The position numbers and the translations under genes were made by a program. A DNA stretch of 39,506 nucleotides, from NCBI GenBank assembly GCA_016840855.1, contig JAEORO010000255.1, positions 1 through 39,506 of the forward strand, written 5' to 3'. Shown one piece after another: positions 18,225-28,521 of this stretch (positions are counted from its first letter, which is position 1; each line of letters begins with the position of its first letter). This DNA comes from Candidatus Thorarchaeota archaeon (GTDB taxonomy: Archaea > Asgardarchaeota > Thorarchaeia > Thorarchaeales > Thorarchaeaceae). Below the pieces are notes generated by a model. That model made no database searches. It was not told the origin of the DNA and saw nothing but the letters and a program-made list of their open reading frames with translations.

Positions 18225-19169
18225 TCACAATCCTATACGTGCTAAAAGCGCTGAAAGTTGAATCTCTCCATTGGCTCCTTCAGACAAACGGAACTCAATT
18301 TCTGCTGTCTGGTTTAATATATCCAGACGTTTTTGATCCGCAAGACCAAGACTGTCTATCTCACGATGTATCTGTTTTACTAGGTCCACAGGCGAAACAC
18401 CCTGCTGATACATAAGATTCCGTAGGCTATCAAGTGACTGAATGTATTTTCCTTCTTGAGCATCATTGAGCATTTTTCTCACAGTTTCTGGGTCAGCTCT
18501 TCCTGAGATTGAGTATACAACCTCATTACTTACCTTCTGATTTGCAGATGATGCTGCCTGAAGAAGATTGATAGCAGCTCTCATATCACCCTCTGCTAGA
18601 TACAAAATTGCTTCAGTACCACTCTTAAGAAGTTTAACTCCCTCTTTGTTGGCTATATGTTCTAGTCTGCTCGCAATGTCATCATTACCAAGTCTCGAAA
18701 AACGGAATATAGCACATCTTGATTGAATCGGTGGAATTATCCTACTTGAATAATTACAAATCAATATCATCCTACATGAAACCGCATATGATTCCATAGT
18801 ACGTCTCAAAGCATGTTGAGCATCTGCTGTTAGGTGATCCGCTTCATCAAGAACCAGTATCTTAAATGGTGCATCGCCTGATGCCATTGTCCTTGCAAAG
18901 TTCTTTATTTGATTCCTCACAACATCGATTCCTCTCTCATCGCTCGCATTCAGTTCCATAAAATTACGTTCAAACGAGTCACCAAAGAGGTCTCTACACA
19001 TAGCCATTGCTGCAGTGGTTTTACTGGTTCCAGGTGGTCCTGCAAACAAGCAATGAGGTACGGCCTTTGTTTCAACAAATTTCTTCAGGCTCTCAATTAT
19101 TGATTCTTGATCTATAATTTCACTCAAGGTTGGAGGTCGATATTTCTCAGTCCACAGGTCTAAATCCAT
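18225..19169 (-). CDS. rfcS: Replication factor C small subunit (start refined to ATG 19169)
   Basis: WTEKYRP; GPPGTSKT; ELNASDERGIDVVR; LDEAD; AQHALRRTME; IQSRC. Confidence 0.96.
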   Translation of the reverse strand: MDLDLWTEKYRPPTLSEIIDQESIIESLKKFVETKAVPHCLFAGPPGTSKTTAAMAMCRDLFGDSFERNFMELNASDERGIDVVRNQIKNFARTMASGDAPFKILVLDEADHLTADAQHALRRTMESYAVSCRMILICNYSSRIIPPIQSRCAIFRFSRLGNDDIASRLEHIANKEGVKLLKSGTEAILYLAEGDMRAAINLLQAASSANQKVSNEVVYSISGRADPETVRKMLNDAQEGKYIQSLDSLRNLMYQQGVSPVDLVKQIHREIDSLGLADQKRLDILNQTAEIEFRLSEGANGEIQLSALLARIGL

Positions 19170-19356
19170 TTCTACTTCCCACCAATATTGATGTCGTGAC
19201 AATCTTCTAAGTCTACAAGATTCTGTGACGAATCTTCCAAAGCGCCTTAAAAGATTCTCTGGCACTAGAACCAATTTGTTCAGATGAGAAACACAATTAA
19301 TCACTCTGGCTCGTTACCACAGAGCAAGGGCTTTATCTCAAAAAACAAACGATGAG

Positions 19357-19926
19357 ATGTGGTTCTTCATGAAGATATGTAGTGAAGTAAAGGATGAAAT
19401 GAAGCGTTTTAAGATGATGTTTCTCAACGAAACCAGAGATTGCATATTTCAAAAACCAATATCTGAGATTGTTGTTGGAGGGAATAAACTAGGTCCTTTC
19501 AAGAAGGGGGATCGTGTTAATCTTCCTAATTGGGTAATAGAGCCACTTCTGAAGCATGAAATTGCGGATGTTGTGCCAGAAGATGCATATGACTCATTAA
19601 GAAGACTTCAGAATCTTTATCGAGAAGAGGAAAAGCAACCTCATAAACTTCAAACATTCCAACCATATCTATATACTGCGCTCAACAGGAAAGTCCTTCG
19701 ACTACAGAGCGATAGAACATCTATAGACCCCAGGAAATATGACGAAATCGAAAAACTTCAGCGTATGATTCCATTTCTAGTAGAAACTCGATTATCTAAG
19801 ATACTTCGAGTTGCTAAATCAGGAGCATACCAAGAGAAGAGGAAACAAATGGCCTATGAAGAACGATGGCTATGCGAAGAGCTAATTGACTTGCTCTCAG
19901 GTTGGCGCCAAAATATTCTGGAATAG
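19357..19926 (+). CDS. GINS subunit (Gins23/Psf2-like, B-A domain order)
   Basis: N-terminal GPFKKGDRVNLPNW B-domain; RLSKILRVA...MAYEER A-domain; immediately upstream of mcm. Confidence 0.85.
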   Translation: MWFFMKICSEVKDEMKRFKMMFLNETRDCIFQKPISEIVVGGNKLGPFKKGDRVNLPNWVIEPLLKHEIADVVPEDAYDSLRRLQNLYREEEKQPHKLQTFQPYLYTALNRKVLRLQSDRTSIDPRKYDEIEKLQRMIPFLVETRLSKILRVAKSGAYQEKRKQMAYEERWLCEELIDLLSGWRQNILE

Positions 19927-20016
19927 GTAATTAGAATTAGTGCCGTTAAATACAAATTAAGAAGAATTAGGAGTTGAATATCGGCAGAAGATTGTGCGTT
20001 CATGAACATAGAATAA

Positions 20017-22101
20017 ATGTCGAGGCTAGTAAAGATGTCCAGTTATGATGAACAAGAAAGATTCGAGGAGTTCTTAAGAACATACAAAGATGAACAAGGA
20101 ACTCTAACTTATTGGTCAAGAATCCAACAAATGTCAATTAATGATGAAATATCACTTACTATCGACTTCCAAGATTTGATAAGCTTTGATAATGTGTTCA
20201 TGGCACTAGCATCAGAAGATCCTCAGAAGTTCCTAGAAATGGCAGACAACGCTCTAATTTCAGTACTTCGTATTGAAGATCCAGATTATGTTAATAGTCT
20301 TGATGCCAGTCTCATCAAAACGCGTTTTGTCAATTACCCCGAGCATGTAGCTTTACGTGCTCTTCGATCCCGTCATATTGGAAAACTGATACACATTAGT
20401 GGAATCATGATGAGAGCTAGTGTTGTCAAGCCACTATTAGTCCAAGCAATGTTCCTTTGCAGAATCTGTCAAGCAGAAATACCCCAACCTCAAGAAGAAG
20501 GAAGATACACAGAACCAGCCTTGTGTCCAGTCTGTACAAAGAAAACACCGATGCGTTTGTTACCTCAAAAATCCCAATTCAAGGACTGGCAAAAAGTGAG
20601 AATTCAAGAATCACCTGAGGAGCTTCCACCGGGTCAGATGCCTAGGTCTGTTGATGTAATTCTAGAGGGTGATATTGTTGATATTTCCAGACCAGGTGAG
20701 TTAGTCAAAGTGACTGGAATACTTCAGACATCTCCTGATTTTTCAAGAAGAGGTGGAAAGCTAGCGACATTCAATGTATTTATTGAAGCAAATGGTATTG
20801 AGATATCTGAAAAAGAGTATGAACAACTTGAGATATCTGATGAGGATGAGAAACGAATAAAGGAGCTAGCTGAGGACCCATATGTTCACGAAAGAATACA
20901 TGCATCAATTGCACCATCTATCCAAGGCCATGAACACATCAAAGAATCAATTGCGCTTCTTCTTTTTGGAGGAGTTGGAAAGACTTTACCTGATGGCACC
21001 CGACTTAGAGGCAAGTCAAACATTCTGATGATTGGAGATCCTGGAACAGGAAAAAGTCAGATCCTCAAGTTTGTAGCTGGACTTGCAGCAAGAGGACTAT
21101 ACACCTCTGGAAAAGGGACCACAGCGGCTGGACTGACCGCAGCTGTTGTTCATGATACCGAATCTGGTGCGATGACCCTTGAGGCTGGAGCTCTAGTGTT
21201 ATCTGACCAAGGAATTGCTTGCATAGACGAATTTGATAAAATGGATCCCAATGACCGCACTGCAATACATGAAGCAATGGAACAGCATACAGTTAGTATA
21301 GCGAAAGCTGGAATCGTTGCAACCTTAAATGCAAGAACTTCTATTCTCGCTGCGGCTAACCCAACATTAGGACGCTATGAATCTTCACTCTCTGTCCAAG
21401 ACAACATAAGGTTACCATTTACTATTCTTTCAAGATTTGATTTAATATGGATCATGGTTGACACTGTGGAAGCAACAAGAGATCGTGAGCTAGCAAAATT
21501 CATACTTGACATGCACCAGATGAAGAAAACACAGGATCAAGGTGCAACACCACCTATTGCTCCTGACTTTTTGAAGAAATATATAGGATATTCTAATCGC
21601 TATGTTATTCCTCAATTATCACCGGAAGCCGCAGAAGTCATTGAAAACTTCTATGTAGATCTTCGAAAAAGTGCTGAAGGGGGAGCTTCGCCAGTACCAA
21701 TTACAGCTCGACAGTTAGAATCACTTGTTCGTTTAGCAGAGGCGCGGGCTCGAATGGCGCTACAGTCTAGAGTTTCCAAAGAAGATGCTCAAGCAGCAGT
21801 TCGTCTCATGGAGGAGTCTCTGCGTATGGTAGCACTCGACAGGATAACCGGGAAAATAGACATCGACCGTCTCGTCTCCAAAATGAGCGCATCACAACGA
21901 AGCTCATCAGACATCATCATCAAGGCTATCCGTGATATGGAGTCTGAAGGAACATCAACTGTGAACAGGGATGCCTTGATTCAAAGAGCTGTTTCAATGG
22001 GCTTACCCCGTGAACGTGCTGAGGAAGTTATAGAGAAACTATTAGCTGAGGGAATATTGTATAGTCCACGCGAGGGTAAAATCAGACATTCTCAAAGTTA
22101 G
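20017..22101 (+). CDS. mcm: MCM replicative helicase
   Basis: CRIC...CPVC Zn finger; QESPEELPPGQMPR; GDPGTGKSQ; IDEFDKM; SRFD; ITARQLE; C-terminal wHTH; no intein. Confidence 0.98.
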   Translation: MSRLVKMSSYDEQERFEEFLRTYKDEQGTLTYWSRIQQMSINDEISLTIDFQDLISFDNVFMALASEDPQKFLEMADNALISVLRIEDPDYVNSLDASLIKTRFVNYPEHVALRALRSRHIGKLIHISGIMMRASVVKPLLVQAMFLCRICQAEIPQPQEEGRYTEPALCPVCTKKTPMRLLPQKSQFKDWQKVRIQESPEELPPGQMPRSVDVILEGDIVDISRPGELVKVTGILQTSPDFSRRGGKLATFNVFIEANGIEISEKEYEQLEISDEDEKRIKELAEDPYVHERIHASIAPSIQGHEHIKESIALLLFGGVGKTLPDGTRLRGKSNILMIGDPGTGKSQILKFVAGLAARGLYTSGKGTTAAGLTAAVVHDTESGAMTLEAGALVLSDQGIACIDEFDKMDPNDRTAIHEAMEQHTVSIAKAGIVATLNARTSILAAANPTLGRYESSLSVQDNIRLPFTILSRFDLIWIMVDTVEATRDRELAKFILDMHQMKKTQDQGATPPIAPDFLKKYIGYSNRYVIPQLSPEAAEVIENFYVDLRKSAEGGASPVPITARQLESLVRLAEARARMALQSRVSKEDAQAAVRLMEESLRMVALDRITGKIDIDRLVSKMSASQRSSSDIIIKAIRDMESEGTSTVNRDALIQRAVSMGLPRERAEEVIEKLLAEGILYSPREGKIRHSQS

Positions 22102-22130
22102 TTAATTTAATCAAATATTGCTAGTATGTT

Positions 22131-24383
22131 GTGGAGAGGAGAAATATTCGACTGGATGAGCTGGACATCAATAAAAAAATAATCACGCATCTTCAAGGTC
22201 AAGGAATCTTAGAGCTCTTTCCTCCTCAAGAAAATGCTTTTAGAACAGGAGTTCTTACTGGTCAGAACCTTGTTCTAGCAATCCCCACAAGCTCAGGAAA
22301 GACCTTAGTTGCTGAAATTTGTATGTTAAAATCTATACTCGGCGGACGTGGTAAAGCGCTTTACCTTGTACCATTGAAATCACTTGCTCGTGAGAAATAT
22401 ACTGAGTTTAAGAAATATGCATCATTAGGTATTACTACAGCAATGTCGGTAGGTGACTATGATTCTCCCGGAAGGAACTTACATGATGCTGACATTGTGA
22501 TAGTGACAACTGAACGGGCTGATTCCTTAATTCGTCATAAAGTTGAATGGATCAATGATATTGGAATTGTTGTCGCTGATGAAATTCATCTCATTAATGA
22601 TTCAAAGAGAGGTCCTACTCTTGAGATGGTATTAGCTAAAATCACCCAAATTGTAAAAGATATTCAAATTGTCGCACTAAGTGCAACTATCTCAAACTCT
22701 AATCATATTGCTGAATGGCTTCGTGCCAAACTCGTGATGGATACTTGGAGACCTGTACCATTAAGTGAAGGTGTCTATTTGGATGGACAAATTAATTTCT
22801 ATAAAGATGGAAGACGCACATCAAAGAGCATCAGTAGGACCCGAAAAGATGAACTAGCAGATGTAGTTTGCGATACGCTTGATGATAATGGCCAAGTTCT
22901 TGTTTTTGTGTCAAGTCGTCGTTCGACCATTGCAGTTGCCAAGAAACTTGCGCCTTTCCTTCGCCGATATTTAACAAATGATGCAATACAACAGCTTTCT
23001 AAAGGAGCATCTAAGATTGGTGGTTTTCCATCAGCTCCCGAGGTTTCTAAAACACTTGCACGACTTATAGCAAATGGTGTTGCTTTTCATCACGCAGGTC
23101 TTGATAACCATGAACGTGCACTTGTTGAAGACTACTTTAAGGAAAATCTCTTGAAAGTAATTGTTGCTACCCCGACTCTCGCTGCTGGAGTAAATCTCCC
23201 TTCAAGACGTGTGATTATTCGTGATTATAGGCGTTACGAACTAGACCGTGGAAGTTATCCAATCCCAACTCTAGAGTACAAGCAGATGGCTGGACGTGCT
23301 GGTCGACCAAAATATGATGAATATGGCGAAGCTGTTCTAATAGCACGAACTGAACCAGAACACGATTTTCTCATAGATAACTATACATTATCAGAACCTG
23401 AAGAGATTACGTCCAAGCTAGCATCTCCGCGTGCAGTTCGCATGCACCTTTTGGCATCTATTGCAACAGAGATGACAACAAACCGTGAAGAGATAGACTC
23501 TCTGATTAGAAGTACATTCTTCTCACATCAATTTGACCAATGGGAGATTAATCATCATATTACATCAGCTCTAGGCTTTCTTGAGGAAGGAAATCTGATT
23601 GAAACCAGTTCTGATGGTTCCTATACTGCGACACTACTCGGTAAGAGAGCATCACAATTATACATCGATCCATATACTGCAATATTGTTTCGTGATGTTT
23701 TATCTGGAACTGACAACCACAGCATTATAGGCATCTTACATCTAATCTGTCATACACCAGACCAGCTACTCACATATGTAACAAGCTCGGAAGCTGAAGA
23801 GTATGAAGTTGCTTTGGACGAGTATCTTGATCAACTTATGATTGAACCACCTTTGGAAGAAAATCCTCGCATCTATTCAGAGTTCTTGGCTCAGATGAAA
23901 ACAGCATTGTTACTTCAAGATTGGATTTCTGAAAAAACTGAGAAAGATCTTACAGAAAAATACAATGTCGGTATGGGTGATGTCCATCGATTTGTACAGT
24001 CTGCAGAATGGTTAGCATATGCAGCATCAGAAATTTCCAGAATATCAAATGCAACCAGTCATATTACTCCTCTCAATAATCTGAAGCTCCGACTTCGTCA
24101 TGGAGTACGTTTAGATATTCTGGAACTTGTAAGTCTTAGAGGAATTGGAAGAGTAAGAGGCAGAATTCTACATAATCACAAGTTAATCAGTTTGTCAGAT
24201 TTATACAATGTCCCTATTGCTGAATTAGCCAGAATACCTACTATTGGTACATCAATAGCAGAATCGATTAAGAAACAGCTTGGTATTGACATTAAACTGA
24301 TACCTACTGATATGGAAGATGTAGATGATTATGATGATGCCATAGATTCAATGCAAACGCTGTTAGAAGACTTTGGTGAGTAG
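22131..24383 (+). CDS. hel308: Hel308/Hjm Ski2-like SF2 DNA helicase
   Basis: PTSSGKT; DEIH; LSAT; FHHAGL; TPTLAAGVNLP; QMAGRAGR; GIGRVRGR HhH. Confidence 0.96.
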   Translation: MERRNIRLDELDINKKIITHLQGQGILELFPPQENAFRTGVLTGQNLVLAIPTSSGKTLVAEICMLKSILGGRGKALYLVPLKSLAREKYTEFKKYASLGITTAMSVGDYDSPGRNLHDADIVIVTTERADSLIRHKVEWINDIGIVVADEIHLINDSKRGPTLEMVLAKITQIVKDIQIVALSATISNSNHIAEWLRAKLVMDTWRPVPLSEGVYLDGQINFYKDGRRTSKSISRTRKDELADVVCDTLDDNGQVLVFVSSRRSTIAVAKKLAPFLRRYLTNDAIQQLSKGASKIGGFPSAPEVSKTLARLIANGVAFHHAGLDNHERALVEDYFKENLLKVIVATPTLAAGVNLPSRRVIIRDYRRYELDRGSYPIPTLEYKQMAGRAGRPKYDEYGEAVLIARTEPEHDFLIDNYTLSEPEEITSKLASPRAVRMHLLASIATEMTTNREEIDSLIRSTFFSHQFDQWEINHHITSALGFLEEGNLIETSSDGSYTATLLGKRASQLYIDPYTAILFRDVLSGTDNHSIIGILHLICHTPDQLLTYVTSSEAEEYEVALDEYLDQLMIEPPLEENPRIYSEFLAQMKTALLLQDWISEKTEKDLTEKYNVGMGDVHRFVQSAEWLAYAASEISRISNATSHITPLNNLKLRLRHGVRLDILELVSLRGIGRVRGRILHNHKLISLSDLYNVPIAELARIPTIGTSIAESIKKQLGIDIKLIPTDMEDVDDYDDAIDSMQTLLEDFGE

Positions 24384-24387
24384 TTCC

Positions 24388-25437
24388 TTACAAAAGAAGA
24401 GACTCCGCTACAACCTTCTCTATTAGCTTTCCTGTATATTCACTTGCCATATTACTTTCTTTGTATGTATCATCAAATGATGTTACACCTAAACCTGCTA
24501 GCTCTTGAACAAGATTCAATGAACACATACCCATTACTTCAAGATTATATCCTCCTTCAAGAAAACATACAATTCTTCCGTTTGAGAATGAATTCGCCAA
24601 TTCTTTCAGCCTTGAATTCATCATCGTGAAACCCGATGTAGTGAGGCCGAGGTTAGTTAAAGGATCCATGAAATGTCCATCATATCCAACGGATACAAGT
24701 ATGAAATCAGGATTATATGAATCTGCAATAGGCTCAACCACTTCCGAAAAAGCACGATTATAAGATATATCTCCTGCTCCTGGATACATTGCAAGATTTA
24801 CTGTATAACCTTCTCCTTCTCCTACTCCAATTTCATTTGGAAAACCTGACCCTGGAAATAATGTTCTTCCATCTTGATGGAGCCCTATGTATAACACATC
24901 TTTAGTAGAGTAAAAACTCCGCTGTGTCCCATTTCCATGGTGCGCATCATAGTCAACTATGAGTACTCGCTTAACTCCATGCTTTTCTAAAAGATGTTTA
25001 GCAGCCACAGCTATATTATTGATAAAACAAAAACCAAATGCTTTCTCGTATTCAGCATGATGACCTGGGGGTCTACACAAAACTAATGCATTTTCAGATT
25101 CTCTTTCTATGACCCTATCAACTGCTTCAATTCCTCCACCTGCAGCATATAACGCTGCATCATACGTGTATGAATTAACAGAAGTATCCATGGTATACAT
25201 TCCTTCCCCCCTCTCTGATCTTGCTCTGATTCCCTCAAGATACTCCTTACCATGAAGCTTATACACTTCATTTAGAGGAGCTTTTCCCGGAGTCAGGAGA
25301 TTTATTCTCTGATTATCTAACAGACCTGCAGATTTAATTGAACTCAAAGCACTTCTCAGCCGTTGGGGGCTCTCCGGATGATTTGTAGACATGACATGCT
25401 CAACGAAGATATCATGATATACTAAATCAGTAACCAT
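24388..25437 (-). CDS. Zn-dependent histone deacetylase-family amidohydrolase (start refined to ATG 25437)
   Basis: HPESPQR; RPPGHHA; GFC; DYDAHHGNGTQ; FPGSG; GYD; LEGGY. Confidence 0.93.
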   Translation of the reverse strand: MVTDLVYHDIFVEHVMSTNHPESPQRLRSALSSIKSAGLLDNQRINLLTPGKAPLNEVYKLHGKEYLEGIRARSERGEGMYTMDTSVNSYTYDAALYAAGGGIEAVDRVIERESENALVLCRPPGHHAEYEKAFGFCFINNIAVAAKHLLEKHGVKRVLIVDYDAHHGNGTQRSFYSTKDVLYIGLHQDGRTLFPGSGFPNEIGVGEGEGYTVNLAMYPGAGDISYNRAFSEVVEPIADSYNPDFILVSVGYDGHFMDPLTNLGLTTSGFTMMNSRLKELANSFSNGRIVCFLEGGYNLEVMGMCSLNLVQELAGLGVTSFDDTYKESNMASEYTGKLIEKVVAESLLL

Positions 25438-25640
25438 TGTGACAACATCTCCGCTCTTGATTACAACTAGTATAGTGATTATGAAGATACTGATAAGTCG
25501 AATCCTTGGTGTTACAACCCAATAAAAAAGGAACACGTGTTCTAAAATCCATACAACCTAGTCAAACAGTGGTAATGTTTATCTTTAATCTAAAACACGG
25601 CACATATAATCATGAGTCATCCTTTCCTCTCATGCAATAT

Positions 25641-25778
25641 GGGTCGGTAGTCTAGCTTGGTATGATTCTTGCTTGGGGCGACTGAGGAACTCACGCCTTA
25701 GGTCACAGAATGCAAGAGACCGGGAGTTCAAACGAGTTGGGATTTTCCCAATCGGAATATGTCTCCCCCGGCCCACCA
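25641..25778 (+). tRNA. tRNA-Pro(GGG) with two introns: 37/38 (25679-25710, 32 nt) and 58/59 (25732-25760, 29 nt); CCA encoded
   Basis: Spliced form GGGTCGG TA GTCT AGCTTGGTA TGAT T CTTGC TT GGG GT GCAAG AGACC GGGAG TTCAAGT CTCCC CCGGCCC A CCA; both inserts form hairpins flanked by BHB-like motifs. Confidence 0.92.
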
Positions 25779-25794
25779 CTTTTACCACAGCCTG

Positions 25795-26355
25795 TTAATA
25801 TATTTCCCACAAAGTTTCGTAGATAGGACCCGAAGAAGTCAATGTGCTCTTCATCATCTTAAATTTCGTAACGGGCATTGTTCCTGCCGCTTCATTTACA
25901 AGATACTCTAGATTGTCAGCAATCCGTTTTGAATCCTTAACAAAACGAACTCTAGCAATGGTAGCATGAGGAGTATATTCTCTCTTCTCCAATTGATAAC
26001 CAATCTCAACCAATGAAGAATCAATTCCATTCTTTAGTTTCAGAACTTCAGATGCATTTTTCGTAACCCCAATCCAAATTATTCTTGGTTTCCGTTTATT
26101 AGGAAATGACCCTACTCCTGCTATTTCAATCTCAAAGGGCATTATCTCAATCCTTTCAAGACATGTCTTAATCTGATCCAACCTATGTTGTGGAGTATCA
26201 CCAAAGAAACGTAAAGTGAAATGAATATCTTTAGGCTTTACAACCTTCATCTTTGCTGCAGTTAGGTCTAATTTTTCCTGAATCACTTGAATTTTGGATA
26301 ATATTGCTTGATCTTCAATATCAATGCTCAAAAAAGCTCTAACTACATCCGTCAT
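25795..26355 (-). CDS. thpR: RNA 2',3'-cyclic phosphodiesterase (2H phosphoesterase)
   Basis: RAFLSID; HFTL and HATIAR HxT motifs; FP...PRIIW; STLTSSGPIY. Confidence 0.93.
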   Translation of the reverse strand: MTDVVRAFLSIDIEDQAILSKIQVIQEKLDLTAAKMKVVKPKDIHFTLRFFGDTPQHRLDQIKTCLERIEIMPFEIEIAGVGSFPNKRKPRIIWIGVTKNASEVLKLKNGIDSSLVEIGYQLEKREYTPHATIARVRFVKDSKRIADNLEYLVNEAAGTMPVTKFKMMKSTLTSSGPIYETLWEIY

Positions 26356-26525
26356 ATCTATGCATCCTCAAGTGATTGACAATATCATATCCTCAATATT
26401 ACAGTGACGCTAGGTGGTTCTAGGCGAATTCTTAAAGGCCAAACGCATGACGAAAGTGTATTGACGCCCATCAAATAATGGGATTTTCGAAATATAACAG
26501 AGCTGAGAGGTTTCTGGTGGGAAAT

Positions 26526-27065
26526 ATGAAACTAGTAATAGTAACTGGTATGCCTGGTGCTGGAAAGAGTGGCGTTGCTCAAGCATTTTACGATGCTGGC
26601 ATTCCAATAATTGTGATGGGTGATGTAATACGTAACGAAACCCGCAGACGTGGTCTTGAACCAACCCCAGAGAATACCAAGAAAGTCATGCTTGAACTTC
26701 GAGAAAAAAGTGGTAATGGCGCAGTGGCCCTATTCTGTATAGATGAACTGAAAAAACTTAGCTCTGAAATGGTTGTAATTGAAGGATGTAGAAGTATCGC
26801 TGAGATTGATGTCTTTGATGACTGCGCTGACTCTGTTGTAATTGTATGTGTTCATGCATCTCCAAAATCACGTTATACAAGACTACGCGAACGAAATCGT
26901 GAGGATGCACCTCCAAGTTGGGACGTGTTTCGAGAACGTGACATCAGAGAAATCTCAGTAGGTCTAGGAGGAGTAATAGCACTAAGTGATATCATGCTTG
27001 TAAATGAAGACACACTGACTGATTTTCAAGAACAGTCAAAAAAATTGGTCGAGAGGCTAACATAA
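26526..27065 (+). CDS. UPF0200-type P-loop kinase (dephospho-CoA kinase-like); start refined to ATG 26526
   Basis: VTGMPGAGKS; MGDVIR; IEGCRS; RD.RE...GLG.VIALSD. Confidence 0.8.
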   Translation: MKLVIVTGMPGAGKSGVAQAFYDAGIPIIVMGDVIRNETRRRGLEPTPENTKKVMLELREKSGNGAVALFCIDELKKLSSEMVVIEGCRSIAEIDVFDDCADSVVIVCVHASPKSRYTRLRERNREDAPPSWDVFRERDIREISVGLGGVIALSDIMLVNEDTLTDFQEQSKKLVERLT

Positions 27066-27066
27066 G

Positions 27067-27492
27067 TTGGAAGTTCTTCTAATATGCCCAGTAAACCCAA
27101 CAGAAGACATCAATAAAGTGACAAAAGCTCTTGAAAATCTCTTAGGCACAGTTGACTCTTTAAAAACAGATAATGATCACGCACAAGAAATCTACCTATC
27201 CTATACTAATCGAAACATACTGAATGTCATACGTCAGACTATTCATGAAACAAGAATTATTGATGCTGCCAGAAAACGATTAAAAAGGAACTGGAATGGC
27301 ACTTCAACAAAAATCTATTTTGATAAACAGGCAGCCTATGCCAAAAAAACACGAATTATTGACGATGATGAGGAGCTGCCGCCTTTAGGTAGTATTGAAA
27401 TCGTTCTTTCTTTTGACTCTGAAACAGAATTCGAGGGATTTGTGAATTGGTTCACGCCACCAACAAAAGATGGAAGAATTGTTCACTACTAA
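27067..27492 (+). CDS. UPF0201/DUF54-type putative RNA-binding protein
   Basis: VNPTEDINKV.KAL.NL; IIDAAR; KQAAY; PPLGSI; WFTPPTKDG; usual partner of the UPF0200 gene. Confidence 0.8.
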   Translation: MEVLLICPVNPTEDINKVTKALENLLGTVDSLKTDNDHAQEIYLSYTNRNILNVIRQTIHETRIIDAARKRLKRNWNGTSTKIYFDKQAAYAKKTRIIDDDEELPPLGSIEIVLSFDSETEFEGFVNWFTPPTKDGRIVHY

Positions 27493-28514
27493 ACACTAAG
27501 TGTAAGTAATTCCCTTACTAATCCGCTATGAACTCTAATCTGAAGAACCTGATTGACTACAAGTCCCATCCTCTCAGCCAAATCTTGAAGGTTCATCTCT
27601 TGGCTTCCACAGATACAGATACTCTCATCACGACGCCGCAGAATAGAATCAACATCTCCAAAGAGCGCTTCAACAAGATCAATAGCTTGAGCGCCTCTAG
27701 TTGAACTTGCTCGTCCATAAGGTGGGTCCGTTATTATAGAGTCACACATACTAACTGGCAATCTTCGAACATCTCCCTGAATGAGATTGTAGTTATTCCC
27801 AATCGAAGAAAGATTCACTTTACTACCAGTAAGCAAACGCCAATTCAAATCAATTCCAACCGTTCTTGCACCTATGAATGATGCTTCACAGAGAATACCA
27901 CCGCCTCCACAGAATGGGTCTAGCACAACTTCGTTTGGTACTACCCGGACAAGATTGCACATTACTCTGGATAAGGTTGTATTCATCATACTAGGATGAA
28001 AGAAAGGTTTTCGTCCTGACTCTCTGCTTCTTAGCATTGGTCTTAGTTTTGATGCAACTGACTTGCATACTCTAACATGCTTCTTAGAAAATATGACAAG
28101 AATGCGTATCTTAGGATAATCGAGATTAACTCTAGATCCAACAACCTGACTGATATGTGCACCAAGCCTGCTTTCAAAATCTAATCGTTCAGCTGCTGAT
28201 GCTCCTTCGCTAGTTGAAATTGTTCTTACAGAAAATGTTTCATCAGAACCGATATTATTTTTCAAAACATCATCGGATAAGCTTTCAATTAAGTCATCTT
28301 GTTCATCTATTTCTGTAAGCACAAGCCCGGCTTCCTTGACCAATGCCGCACGCTCAAGTAAAAATGGAATCATATTCTTTTGAGAATCCATTAGACCAAT
28401 TCGGCCATCCCAATTGAGCACAGCATCACTCTTTGATAAATGAATCAATGCATTTACTTCTGCTTTAGCGGCACTAATGTGCTCACCAGATACATAGACA
28501 AAATATGTGGTCAA
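27489..28514 (-). CDS. trm11: tRNA (guanine-10-N2) methyltransferase, Trm11/TrmG10 (THUMP + MTase); start refined to TTG 28514
   Basis: SGEH; VNLDYP THUMP end; PFFHPS; LDPFCGGGG; TDPPYG; RVHSGL.R. Confidence 0.88.
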   Translation of the reverse strand: MTTYFVYVSGEHISAAKAEVNALIHLSKSDAVLNWDGRIGLMDSQKNMIPFLLERAALVKEAGLVLTEIDEQDDLIESLSDDVLKNNIGSDETFSVRTISTSEGASAAERLDFESRLGAHISQVVGSRVNLDYPKIRILVIFSKKHVRVCKSVASKLRPMLRSRESGRKPFFHPSMMNTTLSRVMCNLVRVVPNEVVLDPFCGGGGILCEASFIGARTVGIDLNWRLLTGSKVNLSSIGNNYNLIQGDVRRLPVSMCDSIITDPPYGRASSTRGAQAIDLVEALFGDVDSILRRRDESICICGSQEMNLQDLAERMGLVVNQVLQIRVHSGLVRELLTLSV

Positions 28515-28521
28515 AAACTCA

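Noticed and set aside
20017-22101. Inteins in mcm, rfcS or cdc6
   Set aside because: Normal lengths and uninterrupted Walker motifs
27489-28514. Functional link between Trm11 (m2G10) and the tRNA-Glu intron at 10/11
   Set aside because: They are 20 kb apart and trm11 is near-universal in archaea; there is no evidence beyond coincidence
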